A stretch of 64,000 nucleotides of DNA, taken from Candidatus Omnitrophota bacterium (GTDB lineage Bacteria > Omnitrophota > Gorgyraeia > Gygaellales > Profunditerraquicolaceae). A program made the translations under genes and the position numbers. The notes under the pieces are model-generated. The model saw nothing but the letters and a program-made list of their open reading frames with translations. It searched no databases and had not been told where the DNA came from. This document shows positions 18,981-28,633 of this stretch, one piece after another. Location of the stretch: assembly GCA_028716965.1 (NCBI GenBank), contig JAQUOV010000001.1, positions 70,448 through 134,447 on the forward strand. The letters are read 5' to 3'. The number at the start of each line of letters is the position of its first letter. The stretch's first letter is position 1.

Positions 18981-20287
18981 GATTTCTTGGCAACCAAAAT
19001 ACCCGGCCCGGTTTTATTATGGATTTTATATGCAAAATAATAAACCCATACAAAGAAAAACAAACCATTGTAAAAATAATGGGCCTGCCGCAACAAGTAT
19101 AGGATAAATAGTATGAATATCCCGTTGCTTATTATTTGCAGCTTATGGTTATTATCCATTTTAAGCCGGAATCTAAATATAAAAAAGAAAACTATAATGA
19201 TGCCGAATATACCTGTTTCGGAAACCAACCGGAGGAAAAGCGAGCCAGAATCGCCTTTGCAAACCTCAATAGTTTGCCCAACAGGTAATGTAGGATACAA
19301 AAATCCCCTTGAAACACCTAAGTTAAAGAATTTATCATATGAAACGGGATGGCTCCCTAAACCCATGCCAAATAAAAAGTTATTTATAAAACTATTGAAA
19401 GCAATAAAAGCATTACTAACAACCGCATAAACGCTCATGTGCGTAGCATGACTTACGGATGGATGACTGAAAAATGCTATGGTACCATTAATCCTCATGC
19501 GTATATCCGGTATTAAATTATAAACAGCAAAACTTAAAACCGGAATGGTTACCGCTAAAATTAATAAATATCGTTTTTTCTTAGGGCGCGGGAACAGTAG
19601 CAGACTTATTAAAATTGCCGCATAGGCAATGATTGAAAATGTTAAAATATAACTAATTATTATCACGAAATTTGCCCACCTTGCCTTTAGGAAAAGGTTG
19701 CTTTTCTTAATGATAGCCAAGAACGAGGCAAAGAATGCCGGGGCCATGGAAATAGCAAAATGTGCCGGCTCCATAAAAATTGAATTGATTCTCAGCAACT
19801 TTGACAATGCCCCTCCCGCATGTCCACACTCCCACTTTACCAACATCGGTATCCACTTAAAATCATAACCCGCTTTAAATCCTACTAAAAAACTAAATTG
19901 CTGGAATATCCCGATAGCCGCCACTATAAACGCAATCTGCAAATAAATTTTAAACAAATTATCAATTTCGTAATTATTGATTTTAACTAGGATATAATAA
20001 GCAATCCCGGTAATTAAAATACCTGAAATCTGTTTTGCTAAAAGAAAAATAGTATTGTTGCCAAGATATACGTTAAAAAGTGATGATATGGTTAAAATAA
20101 TCAGGATAAAAATAAAGCTTAGGTTTATGCACAGGCTACGATAAAATCTAAGATACGCAACCAGAAAAAATATTATAAAAAGATAGCCGAGATTGAACTC
20201 AAACGGATAGCGAAACAAAGTAAATGCTCCACCGAAAACATTAAAAACAAGTAAATAATTAAAAACTGTGATCATGCGCGAAGGCAT
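18977..20287 (-). CDS. Polytopic membrane protein, putative oligosaccharide repeat-unit polymerase (Wzy-like)
   Basis: 436 aa with at least ten hydrophobic helices and a larger loop near the C-terminal third. No catalytic motif can be assigned. Its position between glycosyltransferases is typical for Wzy. Confidence 0.4.
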   Translation of the reverse strand: MPSRMITVFNYLLVFNVFGGAFTLFRYPFEFNLGYLFIIFFLVAYLRFYRSLCINLSFIFILIILTISSLFNVYLGNNTIFLLAKQISGILITGIAYYILVKINNYEIDNLFKIYLQIAFIVAAIGIFQQFSFLVGFKAGYDFKWIPMLVKWECGHAGGALSKLLRINSIFMEPAHFAISMAPAFFASFLAIIKKSNLFLKARWANFVIIISYILTFSIIAYAAILISLLLFPRPKKKRYLLILAVTIPVLSFAVYNLIPDIRMRINGTIAFFSHPSVSHATHMSVYAVVSNAFIAFNSFINNFLFGMGLGSHPVSYDKFFNLGVSRGFLYPTLPVGQTIEVCKGDSGSLFLRLVSETGIFGIIIVFFFIFRFRLKMDNNHKLQIISNGIFILFILYLLRQAHYFYNGLFFFVWVYYFAYKIHNKTGPGILVAKKS

Positions 20288-20289
20288 CT

Positions 20290-21330
20290 CTATATACTCC
20301 GTGTAAGAAATAGTTTCTTAATCTTATGTACCCGGGGGCTTTTAACTATCTTGCGCTTTAGATTTACCGCTATAGCCACAAGCTTTTTTTGCCTACCCAG
20401 GGAATAGCAGGATTGCGCCATTCTTCGGCTATAACCAAATTTAAGCAATTTAGCGCTAAAATCCCTCCATAATTCCGGGCTGCCAATAAATGATGCCGCA
20501 TGGATTATCGTGTACCACGGATGCTCGCGTGTCATAACTTTCAAAAAAGCCTTTCTTACCTTGAGGTCATCCGATAAATACTTATTTGCCAGCCGCAAAT
20601 AGCCGTTAAAATCCAAAAGGAACCTGTCGACCAGCCCTCCGTCATCCTGAAAGCTTACGTTATCATTACGCCACAAAACAAGCGGGCTTTTAATATACTT
20701 CAGCCTGCATTTATGCCTAACAAAAGATAAAATCACCGAAGCAGAAGCATAAGCCGTCCCTTCAAAATCATGGCTATACCCTGCTTTATTCCATTCCCGC
20801 CGGCTTAGGATAACCGAACTCCAGAAACTAAAAAGCGCTCCGATTGAACTGGCCCTTTCGCAATACTCAATAAGCTCATCCTTCTTGTGAAGGTTAAAAA
20901 CCCTGTCATTAACTTTAGCAGAAAGCCAAAACCGGTCTCTGATTGGCTTCATATCCAGATTGCAGGCTGTTACGTTGCAAAGGTATATTTCATACCCGGA
21001 ATCAATCTCTTTTAACATTCGCTCAATTGAGCCAGGCTTTAAAGCATCATCGTCCGAAAACAACCAGCAGTATTCTCCGCGCGCTGCGGCAATAGCTTTT
21101 GCCATATCTCTGTCCACTCCGCCGTTTTCCTCCTGGCGACAGTAAATTAAATTCCTGAATTTCTTCCGATAACCAAGCACCACCTCCTGCGTGTTATCGC
21201 AAGAGGCACCGTCAACAACTACAATCTCTATACTATTATCAGCCTGAGAAATAATACTCTCAATGGCCGTACCGATAAAATTGGCGCGGTTACGCGTAGG
21301 TATACATATAGATATTCTTATATTATCCAA
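20290..21330 (-). CDS. Family 2 glycosyltransferase
   Basis: ISICIPTRNRANFIGTAIESIISQ, IEIVVVDGASCDNT and FSDDD. Confidence 0.85.
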   Translation of the reverse strand: MDNIRISICIPTRNRANFIGTAIESIISQADNSIEIVVVDGASCDNTQEVVLGYRKKFRNLIYCRQEENGGVDRDMAKAIAAARGEYCWLFSDDDALKPGSIERMLKEIDSGYEIYLCNVTACNLDMKPIRDRFWLSAKVNDRVFNLHKKDELIEYCERASSIGALFSFWSSVILSRREWNKAGYSHDFEGTAYASASVILSFVRHKCRLKYIKSPLVLWRNDNVSFQDDGGLVDRFLLDFNGYLRLANKYLSDDLKVRKAFLKVMTREHPWYTIIHAASFIGSPELWRDFSAKLLKFGYSRRMAQSCYSLGRQKKLVAIAVNLKRKIVKSPRVHKIKKLFLTRSI

Positions 21331-22306
21331 CTCTCTCCCTTTCTAAATCAGCTTCAACCATAAGTTTAACCAGTTTTTTAAACTTAATCTTTGGGCTAAA
21401 CCCGAATGTTTTTCTGGCTTTTGTTATATCCCCAACCAATGAAGATGTCTTGCTCGGGCGGATTAATTTAGGATCAATAACCAGGTATTTATCCGGCTTA
21501 AGATTTAAAACGGAAAAAGCCTCCTCCACCCATTCCTTGACGGAATGCGACTGTCCCGTAGCGATAACAAAATCATCCGCTTTATCTAATTGCATAATCT
21601 GCCATGCCGCCTCCATAAACTCTTTGGAATAACCCCAATCAATACGCGCGCTTAAATCCCCTAAAACTAATTTCTTTTGCTTGCCTAGATATATACGTGC
21701 CACAGCTTGAGTAATTTTACGCGTTACATATTCGGGAGTCCTGCGGGGGGATTCATGGTTATATAGTATGGCACCTGATGCAAATAAACCAAAGGCCTGG
21801 CGATAATACCGCGTAAGATAATAAGCAAAGACTTTGGCGCAGGCATACGGGCTTTGGGGGTTAAAAAAGGTAGATTCATTTTGTTTGGCAGTAGGCGTTA
21901 AGCCAAACATATTGGACGTACAAGGTTGAAAATAACGTATCTTATGGTTAACCTGCCGGATAATCTCTAAAATACGGCCTACTGCTGCGCCGGTGATATC
22001 CGCAGAGTAACCCACCATATCATAGCTCCAACTTACATGGTCCTGGTCAGCTTCATTATAAATCTCCTGGGGCCTTACGGAATTGATAATCCTAAAAATG
22101 GAGGTCGCATCAGCAAGGTCGCCGCGGTGCAAGAAAAAATTATGATTAAAAATCTCTCTATTTTGAATCAGATGTTCAATATTGCGCGTGTTACCGGTTG
22201 CAGAGCGGCGGAGCATTCCGTGCACCTGATACCCCTTTTCAAGCAAGACCTCTGCCAAATAACTGCCGTCTTGTCCGGTTACTCCTAAAATCAATGCTTT
22301 TTTCAT
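21323..22306 (-). CDS. gmd: GDP-mannose 4,6-dehydratase
   Basis: MKKALILGVTGQDGSYLAEVLLEKGYQVHGMLRRSA...NTRNIEHL is near-identical in pattern to Gmd N-termini. The YxxxK region is present. Confidence 0.9.
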   Translation of the reverse strand: MKKALILGVTGQDGSYLAEVLLEKGYQVHGMLRRSATGNTRNIEHLIQNREIFNHNFFLHRGDLADATSIFRIINSVRPQEIYNEADQDHVSWSYDMVGYSADITGAAVGRILEIIRQVNHKIRYFQPCTSNMFGLTPTAKQNESTFFNPQSPYACAKVFAYYLTRYYRQAFGLFASGAILYNHESPRRTPEYVTRKITQAVARIYLGKQKKLVLGDLSARIDWGYSKEFMEAAWQIMQLDKADDFVIATGQSHSVKEWVEEAFSVLNLKPDKYLVIDPKLIRPSKTSSLVGDITKARKTFGFSPKIKFKKLVKLMVEADLERERVG

Positions 22307-22321
22307 AATTTATCCTCTTTC

Positions 22322-22750
22322 TTATTTAACAAAACCCCTGATCTTAAAATCCCCGGGGAGTTTCTTTGAGAACTTAAACTTTGAACTTTGATTATCCAGT
22401 TTTACCGGATCCAGCCCGTCTATAACAGCAGTAAACACAACGCTGACAGTATGATATTTAAAATTCAAGCCAAAAGGGTTGGCCCCGTTAATCAGTTCAT
22501 AATAACCGATAGGCCGGATATCCTTAATTCTTTGTCCGGTTTCTTCTTTTACTTTACGCGCTACTGCCTGCTCTAATGACTCGCCCTTAAGCAACCGGCC
22601 TCCGATCACCCACCAATGGCCTTTTTTAGGCTGATTAGCGCGTTTGACTAAAAGGTACTCACCCTTATTATTTTGTACGGCTATATCAACACAAAGAATA
22701 GGCAGATTTTCCAGGATTTTTCTATATTGCTCTCTTGGTATTAAACTCAT
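22322..22750 (-). CDS. gmm: GDP-mannose mannosyl hydrolase (Nudix; Gmm/NudD/WcaH-like)
   Basis: Nudix box GGRLLKGESLEQAVARKVKEETG. The upstream block LPILCVDIAVQNNKGEYLLVKRANQPKKGHWWVIGGR parallels E. coli WcaH. Start trimmed to the ATG at 22750, which forms an ATGA overlap with the upstream stop; the track's longer 161-aa form overlaps the upstream gene by 61 nt. Confidence 0.8.
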   Translation of the reverse strand: MSLIPREQYRKILENLPILCVDIAVQNNKGEYLLVKRANQPKKGHWWVIGGRLLKGESLEQAVARKVKEETGQRIKDIRPIGYYELINGANPFGLNFKYHTVSVVFTAVIDGLDPVKLDNQSSKFKFSKKLPGDFKIRGFVK

Positions 22751-23955
22751 GGAACTACCCTGAATTCCGGCAAGGGCACTATAAACTTGCCGCCTGCCTT
22801 GCGCCATTCTTTTTCCCGCTGATAGAACTCATCAAAAAAAGCCCACGGCAATACCAGAAAATAATCGGGCTTGGCCTTACGCGCATCCTCTTCGGAAACA
22901 ATAGGAATCCATGAGCCGATGGTATATTTACCCCATTTTTCCGGGCTTCTTTCGGCGGCAGCGCTAATCAGCGTATTATCCAGGCCATAATATTGCAAAA
23001 TCACGTTGCCTTTGGTAGAGGCTCCGTAAACATAAACCTTTTTCCCCTTGGCCACCTCTGCTTTGATAAAATCTACGCAACGCCTGCGGTTATCCTCAAT
23101 CCGCCTGGCAAACTGCAATAAATCGCTACGGGTGAATTTTTCTTTAAATTTTATTCCCGTGCCTTTATAATGCCGGGCAAAGATACGGTAACTGCCTCCG
23201 TTAACATCATTTTCTTCAATACGGAACATCTCAAGGCCGTTAGTTTCAAACAAATATTTTAATGAATCAAGCGAATAATATTCCAAGTGCTCATGGCAGA
23301 TATTGCCCAGATCATTCTTTTCTAGCATAGGAGCCAGGCACATCAGTTGAGCCACAAATACCCCGTCTTCAGTTAAGGCCATCCGGGCATCTTTAATAAA
23401 TTGATTCGGGTCCTCTAAATCATAAAACATCCCGATAGCGGTGATAACTTTGGCTTTACCGAATCCCCACTTCTTCGCCAACTCCATATAGCGGCTGTAA
23501 TTCCAGAAATCATGCATTACATAGGAAGTGTTTTCTTCAAGCATCGGGATAAGGTTATCCGCCGGCTCGCAACCTACTTTGCGGATGCCTTTGGCGGTAT
23601 AAGCAGCAAGCATCGTCCCGTCATTGGCTCCGATATCCAATACCACATCGCCCGGCTTTAACCGGACAATAGATTCTACCTGCGCGGTTATATCCCTTAA
23701 CGCCAGGCGCATTGTATCAGTTACTCCTGACCTGTACCAGTAATGACGGGAATATAACAGCTCCTGGGGAGCGCTATGACGCAACTGCAATAAATTGCAT
23801 TTTGCGCAGATCACCAGGTCAAGAGGAGCCTTCAAACCTTTCCCGACCATCTCTTTAGGCACAAAATCATTGACGTACTGCTCGCCTAAAGAAAACACAT
23901 CTTCAAGTTTTTGCGATCCGCACAACCGGCAGCTTGTTCGGGTAATTGTCTCCAT
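22747..23955 (-). CDS. NDP-sugar C-methyltransferase-like SAM-dependent methyltransferase (TylCIII/NovU-type architecture)
   Basis: N-terminal Cys pairs (CRLCGS...CAKC), a putative zinc-binding domain, then motif I VVLDIGANDGTMLAAY, then a C-terminal extension. This three-part layout is characteristic of sugar 3-C-methyltransferases. Confidence 0.55.
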   Translation of the reverse strand: METITRTSCRLCGSQKLEDVFSLGEQYVNDFVPKEMVGKGLKAPLDLVICAKCNLLQLRHSAPQELLYSRHYWYRSGVTDTMRLALRDITAQVESIVRLKPGDVVLDIGANDGTMLAAYTAKGIRKVGCEPADNLIPMLEENTSYVMHDFWNYSRYMELAKKWGFGKAKVITAIGMFYDLEDPNQFIKDARMALTEDGVFVAQLMCLAPMLEKNDLGNICHEHLEYYSLDSLKYLFETNGLEMFRIEENDVNGGSYRIFARHYKGTGIKFKEKFTRSDLLQFARRIEDNRRRCVDFIKAEVAKGKKVYVYGASTKGNVILQYYGLDNTLISAAAERSPEKWGKYTIGSWIPIVSEEDARKAKPDYFLVLPWAFFDEFYQREKEWRKAGGKFIVPLPEFRVVP

Positions 23956-23956
23956 A

Positions 23957-25075
23957 CTAATTCACCTTTTGTTTTAAGATTAATTCTAAAGCGCTAATAA
24001 CCTGATCAATCTCTTTTTCAGTCAGGGCAAGGCCGGAAGGCAAATACAGCCCCTGGCGGCTGATACGCTCAGTAACCGGATACCTTTCTTTCTTAAACAA
24101 ACCAAGTTTGTGTAAGGCCGGCTGTTGATGCAAACCGATAAAAAACGGCCGCGTAGCAATCCCCTTTTTAGCCAGGCCGTCCATAACATCCTTTGCCTTT
24201 AAACCAAAACCCTTGCCCAGCTCAATACAATACATCCAATAAACCATTTTTGCCCAGGATTTCTCTGTCTGGGTTTTTATGCCATTAAACTTGAGCAGGC
24301 TCTTACGGTAGTATTCCCCTAACCTGCGCTTAATTTGAATAAATTCATCAATACGCTCCATCTGGGCTATTCCCACGGCTGCCTGTAAATTAGTCAGGCG
24401 GAAATTATAGCCTAACTCCGTATGGTAAAATCTTTTCTCCGGCCGGAAACAGAGATTGCGGTAAGACTCTGCGCGCTTGGCCATCTTTGAATCAGAGGTA
24501 AGCACCATTCCGCCCTCGCCAGTCGTAATTATCTTATTAGCATAGAATGACCATGCGCTGATATGCCCTAACGCTCCGCATTTACGGCCTTTATACTCTG
24601 CGCCATGGGCTTCCGCAGCATCTTCAACCACAACAAGATTGCGTTTTTTGGCTATATCTAAAAGCGGATCCATATCTACCGGATGGCCGTAAATATGCAC
24701 CGGCATAATTGCCTTGGTTTTGGGCGTCAGACGGCTTTCAATCTGGCTTACATCCATATTCCAAGTCTCAGCTTCTGCATCTACTAATACCGGTATTGCG
24801 CCAAGCCGGATAGCTGCCAAAGCGCAGGAGATGATCGTAAAAGCCGGCATAATTACCTCATCCCCCTTACCTATGCCTGCGGCAAACAAGGCTGTTTCCA
24901 GGGCTGCGGTGCCGTTACAAACCGTAACCCCATGCTTTGTCCCTATATAATCGCTGAATTTACGCTCAAACTCGGCGACAAACGGCCCATCGGAAGAGAT
25001 CCAGCCGCTCTCGATGCACTGAGCGAGTAATTCTTTTTCGCGTCTGCCGATTATCGGCTGATTAACCGGTATCAT
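23957..25075 (-). CDS. PLP-dependent sugar aminotransferase (DegT/DnrJ/EryC1/StrS family; perosamine-synthase-like)
   Basis: PVNQPIIGRREKELLAQCIESGWISSDGPFVAEFERKFSDYIG and the later ISAWSFYANKIITTGEGG (Lys region) are typical of DegT-family enzymes. Confidence 0.85.
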   Translation of the reverse strand: MIPVNQPIIGRREKELLAQCIESGWISSDGPFVAEFERKFSDYIGTKHGVTVCNGTAALETALFAAGIGKGDEVIMPAFTIISCALAAIRLGAIPVLVDAEAETWNMDVSQIESRLTPKTKAIMPVHIYGHPVDMDPLLDIAKKRNLVVVEDAAEAHGAEYKGRKCGALGHISAWSFYANKIITTGEGGMVLTSDSKMAKRAESYRNLCFRPEKRFYHTELGYNFRLTNLQAAVGIAQMERIDEFIQIKRRLGEYYRKSLLKFNGIKTQTEKSWAKMVYWMYCIELGKGFGLKAKDVMDGLAKKGIATRPFFIGLHQQPALHKLGLFKKERYPVTERISRQGLYLPSGLALTEKEIDQVISALELILKQKVN

Positions 25076-25488
25076 TTAACCCTCACCTTAGGCGTGAAAT
25101 TCACCTTATCCACTCCCTGAAGATATGGCCCGTTTTTGATTTCAAAAATAACAGCTTTCGTAATAAATTTAAAAGCATGGCCTGCGCCGGCAATAAAAAT
25201 TATATCCCCGGCATTTAGCTTGCGGCTTCTTAAGAAGACCCTTTTTAGGGAGTAGAAGTCAATGCGCACCTGCCCGCTTTTAATAACTAAAACTTCTTGA
25301 GCGTGCGTAGTAACGCGCTTAATCGGCTTATGCATATGCGGCATAATCTGATAACCTTTAGGCCGGGACATTGCCCCAAGCTGCAAAGGGTAATCATTGA
25401 GTGAGAAGAAATTTAACGCTTCCGGTTTATAACCCTTGCGGATAATCAAGGCGATAATATTGCCGTTGTGCGTAATTTTCTCAATCAT
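25072..25488 (-). CDS. Cupin-fold NDP-4-keto-6-deoxyhexose 3,4-ketoisomerase-like protein (FdtA/QdtA/WxcM-like)
   Basis: 138 aa. MPHMHKPIKRVTTHAQEVLVIKSGQVRIDFY has the His pair of cupin sugar isomerases. It is translationally coupled (4-nt overlap) to the aminotransferase. Confidence 0.5.
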   Translation of the reverse strand: MIEKITHNGNIIALIIRKGYKPEALNFFSLNDYPLQLGAMSRPKGYQIMPHMHKPIKRVTTHAQEVLVIKSGQVRIDFYSLKRVFLRSRKLNAGDIIFIAGAGHAFKFITKAVIFEIKNGPYLQGVDKVNFTPKVRVK

Positions 25489-26369
25489 AGCTCCTCCTTT
25501 ACGAACCTGCTTATCCCGCTAAACATCCCTTTTAATACATAAGCATAGTGGCATCTTTTGTCCTTCTGTTCATACTTGCCTTTTAGAATCAATTTCTGCA
25601 ATAACCTTATAAAGGCCTTGCTGGCTAATTTCAAGGCGATAAAAAAATACACAAGGAAATGCCATTTATCATTAATGCTATTTTTTGTCAGGCATGCTGC
25701 TATAGCGCATGAATAATTATATACATATTTCGGAGGCGCAATTGGTATAGGGTGGTAAAAAATCAAATCCGGCAGATACAACACCTGCTCATTAGCCGCC
25801 TTAAGCCTGAAGAATATGTCGGTTTCTTCGGAGCCAAAGAATTTGGAACCCGAACCAAAGCGTTCATCATAATTGCCTATCTTTTTAACCGCCTTCCTGC
25901 TTAATACGTGCGCGCTGCCCATAAAATACTGAAAATCCAACCGGCCCAATCTCTTAACGTTATTATCGCTAAAAAGGATGCTAAAGGGGATATTCTGAAC
26001 CGGATCAATCAGCCTGCCGCAAAATGCGTTAACCTCGCCGTAGAAAGAGCCCCTATTAGATAAGACGCGCAGAAAATCTTCTTTAACTTTAGCATCATCA
26101 TCAATAAATACAAGATATTCTCCAGAAGACTCCCTGATCCCGATATTTCTGGCCCCGGATAACCCCACATCCTCATATGTATGAAATTTAACTAAATGAG
26201 GATAACGGCTTTCCACGGATTTATTCATTATCCCATTGGCCTTAAAGACGACCAGGATTTCAACATCAATATCATGATTGCTATAATCATACGCCTTGCC
26301 GATAGAGGCGAGGCAATCCTTTAAATCATCATACCTGTCTACTGAAGATATAATAAATGAAAATTTCAA
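25485..26369 (-). CDS. Family 2 glycosyltransferase
   Basis: FSFIISSVDRYDDLKDCLASI and VFIDDDAKV (DXD). Confidence 0.6.
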   Translation of the reverse strand: MKFSFIISSVDRYDDLKDCLASIGKAYDYSNHDIDVEILVVFKANGIMNKSVESRYPHLVKFHTYEDVGLSGARNIGIRESSGEYLVFIDDDAKVKEDFLRVLSNRGSFYGEVNAFCGRLIDPVQNIPFSILFSDNNVKRLGRLDFQYFMGSAHVLSRKAVKKIGNYDERFGSGSKFFGSEETDIFFRLKAANEQVLYLPDLIFYHPIPIAPPKYVYNYSCAIAACLTKNSINDKWHFLVYFFIALKLASKAFIRLLQKLILKGKYEQKDKRCHYAYVLKGMFSGISRFVKEEL

Positions 26370-27287
26370 CTATGCCCCCCTGTACCAGTCAAGCGTTTCC
26401 CTGATTGCTGCTTTTAATTGGACGTCCGTAAAATCTATTTTCTTAAACCGCGAGATTTTCTTATTTTCGCCGACGCTCCACGGTATGTCGTTGGCTTTAA
26501 ATTTAGCAGGGTCAACTTCAAAGCTGATTTTCTTGCGCGCCAATTTCAACAATTGCTGCAGAACATCCCCGATCTTTACCGGACGGGATGAACAAATATT
26601 ATAAACCTCTGCGTGTTCTCCGTAAATAGCAAGCTCCTTTAAGCATTCAGCAACTGCTTTAACGGGTAATAAATCCCTGTAGCTTTCCAGATTTCCCGTT
26701 TTAATCACAGATGAGCTCACCAGGCCCTTCTCAATATCAACTACCTGCCTTGCAAAGCCACCCAGGAAAAGGCTGCTGTGCATGCCGCTTCCGATCATAT
26801 TAAACAACCTGGCGATGACAACTTGCGGCGACTTATTACTTTTAGCAAACCTCATTGCCATAAAACTCTGGCAAGCCTTGCTTATCCCGTAATCTGATAG
26901 AGGATTAAGCGCAAAATCTTCGGATATTTTCTTACCCTTTCTGGTTGCCCCGTATTCGGCAGCGCTTCCTATCAGGATAAGCTTGCAATTCAGCCCGGCC
27001 GCAGCCTCTAAAAATGCAACGGGCGCAAAACAATTTGCCGTAAAAAGCTCAACCGGAGACGGCGAATTAAAGATTCCTGCGAGGTTAAAAATAACATCCG
27101 GCCTTTCAGTTTCACACAAAGAGACCAATTTAGATGTATCCTTCAAATCTATCTGATATTCATTTTTTGCCTTTTTGTCTTCTAAGGCCAAATCTGCTTT
27201 CAGCAAGATATCGCCCTGGGAGGAGCTTAAAACTCTAGATAACGCCTTACCCAAAAATCCTTCGCTGCCTATAATCAAATATTTCAT
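26370..27287 (-). CDS. NAD(P)-dependent epimerase/dehydratase (extended SDR)
   Basis: MKYLIIGSEGFLGKALSRVL Rossmann motif and a YGISK (YxxxK) catalytic motif. Confidence 0.7.
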   Translation of the reverse strand: MKYLIIGSEGFLGKALSRVLSSSQGDILLKADLALEDKKAKNEYQIDLKDTSKLVSLCETERPDVIFNLAGIFNSPSPVELFTANCFAPVAFLEAAAGLNCKLILIGSAAEYGATRKGKKISEDFALNPLSDYGISKACQSFMAMRFAKSNKSPQVVIARLFNMIGSGMHSSLFLGGFARQVVDIEKGLVSSSVIKTGNLESYRDLLPVKAVAECLKELAIYGEHAEVYNICSSRPVKIGDVLQQLLKLARKKISFEVDPAKFKANDIPWSVGENKKISRFKKIDFTDVQLKAAIRETLDWYRGA

Positions 27288-27355
27288 CGCGCCTTTCCTC
27301 TTTCAAAAAAATTCTCAAGTTAAGAAATCTTTTCTTGAATTATCAATTCTCACTC

Positions 27356-27805
27356 TTATTTATGCACAAGTTCCCAGTTATAAGGAATCTTTTCTGAAAA
27401 AGGATCTAATCTTATAATCTCATCCGGATCATGAGGAATAGTTGCGCAATTAGCTACCATAGCCAGCTTAGTGCCTATGCCCTTAAAACCATTCCAAACT
27501 TCAGCAGGAATTTTTACTAAACAATAATTATCTTCGCCGATAAATAATTCCATAATTTCCCCTTTAGTAGGAGAATCTTTTCTATCATCGAATAGAACCA
27601 ATTTTATCATCCCGGTTATGACAGCATAATTGAGTACCATTATTTTATGCAAATGCCAGCCTTTGATTACTCCGGGATAGACTGCCGAAAAATATATCTC
27701 TCCGAATTTCTCAAAATGTTTCACATCACTTCGCAGCATATGCATTATTTTACCTCTCTCATCAGCTATCTGTTTTAAAGGTACGACCTCTACGCCTTTA
27801 ATCAT
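27356..27805 (-). CDS. Cupin-fold NDP-sugar epimerase/isomerase (RmlC/FdtA-like)
   Basis: 149 aa. GWHLHK...NGFKG and the overall size and profile match dTDP-4-dehydrorhamnose 3,5-epimerase-like / WxcM-like cupins. Confidence 0.5.
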   Translation of the reverse strand: MIKGVEVVPLKQIADERGKIMHMLRSDVKHFEKFGEIYFSAVYPGVIKGWHLHKIMVLNYAVITGMIKLVLFDDRKDSPTKGEIMELFIGEDNYCLVKIPAEVWNGFKGIGTKLAMVANCATIPHDPDEIIRLDPFSEKIPYNWELVHK

Positions 27806-27817
27806 TTTAATATCTCC

Positions 27818-28633
27818 TTATTTTATTAATCTGGTTGCGGCTTGCTTTAAAATCTGTCTGGAGCCCATGTTAATAAATTTCAAATAAAAAGAAAAATATG
27901 TGGCAATAAGTATGCCCTTGGGGACAAAAGGCGCAAATTCATCTATCACAGCCTTGGTGCACCTAAATATTTTAAAAAGTCCACCGGAGAGATTATTCCC
28001 GTGCAGCACATAAATTGCTAACGGCTCATCAATAAAACCTATTTTATGTTTTCTGGCAATAGATAGCCATAATATATAATCTTCAACGGTAATAAACCTT
28101 TTATCTTCGGGGAAAAAATATTGTTCGGAGTTTTTTTGATTCACCATCATAACTGTAAGGCATGCGATAAAATTGAGCTCAAGGTAGAGCCGGTTAAAGA
28201 CATTGCCCGCATTCGCTTTCTGAGGGGTTATTCCGGAGATCTTCCCATTTGTCTTTATAAAACATTTTGAATAAACAAGAAAATAATCATTATTATTCTC
28301 TAGGAAATCTACCCCCAGCTTAAGTTTATCCGGTAACCACAGGTCATCACTGTCTAAAAAAGCAAGGTATTTACCTAAGGCATTTCTTATGCCTATATTC
28401 CTTGGTCTTGCGGGGCCACCAGAATTATAATCAGACTCAATAAGTCGGATTCGACTATCTTGTTGGATAATCTCCTTTAGCACATCCCGGCTTCTGTCTG
28501 TTGAACGATTATCAACAACTAACATTTCCCAATTCTGGTATGTCTGCGCCTGAACAGAACGAATAGTCTCCCGTACAGTATTCTCGGCATTAAACATGGG
28601 AATAATTACTGAAACTAACGGATTATTTGCCAT
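27818..28633 (-). CDS. Family 2 glycosyltransferase
   Basis: VSVIIPMFNAENTVRETIRSVQAQTY, WEMLVVDNRSTDRS and LDSDD. Start trimmed to the ATG at 28633 (MANNPLVSVIIP); the longer track ORF would overlap the upstream SDR gene by 134 nt. Confidence 0.85.
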   Translation of the reverse strand: MANNPLVSVIIPMFNAENTVRETIRSVQAQTYQNWEMLVVDNRSTDRSRDVLKEIIQQDSRIRLIESDYNSGGPARPRNIGIRNALGKYLAFLDSDDLWLPDKLKLGVDFLENNNDYFLVYSKCFIKTNGKISGITPQKANAGNVFNRLYLELNFIACLTVMMVNQKNSEQYFFPEDKRFITVEDYILWLSIARKHKIGFIDEPLAIYVLHGNNLSGGLFKIFRCTKAVIDEFAPFVPKGILIATYFSFYLKFINMGSRQILKQAATRLIK

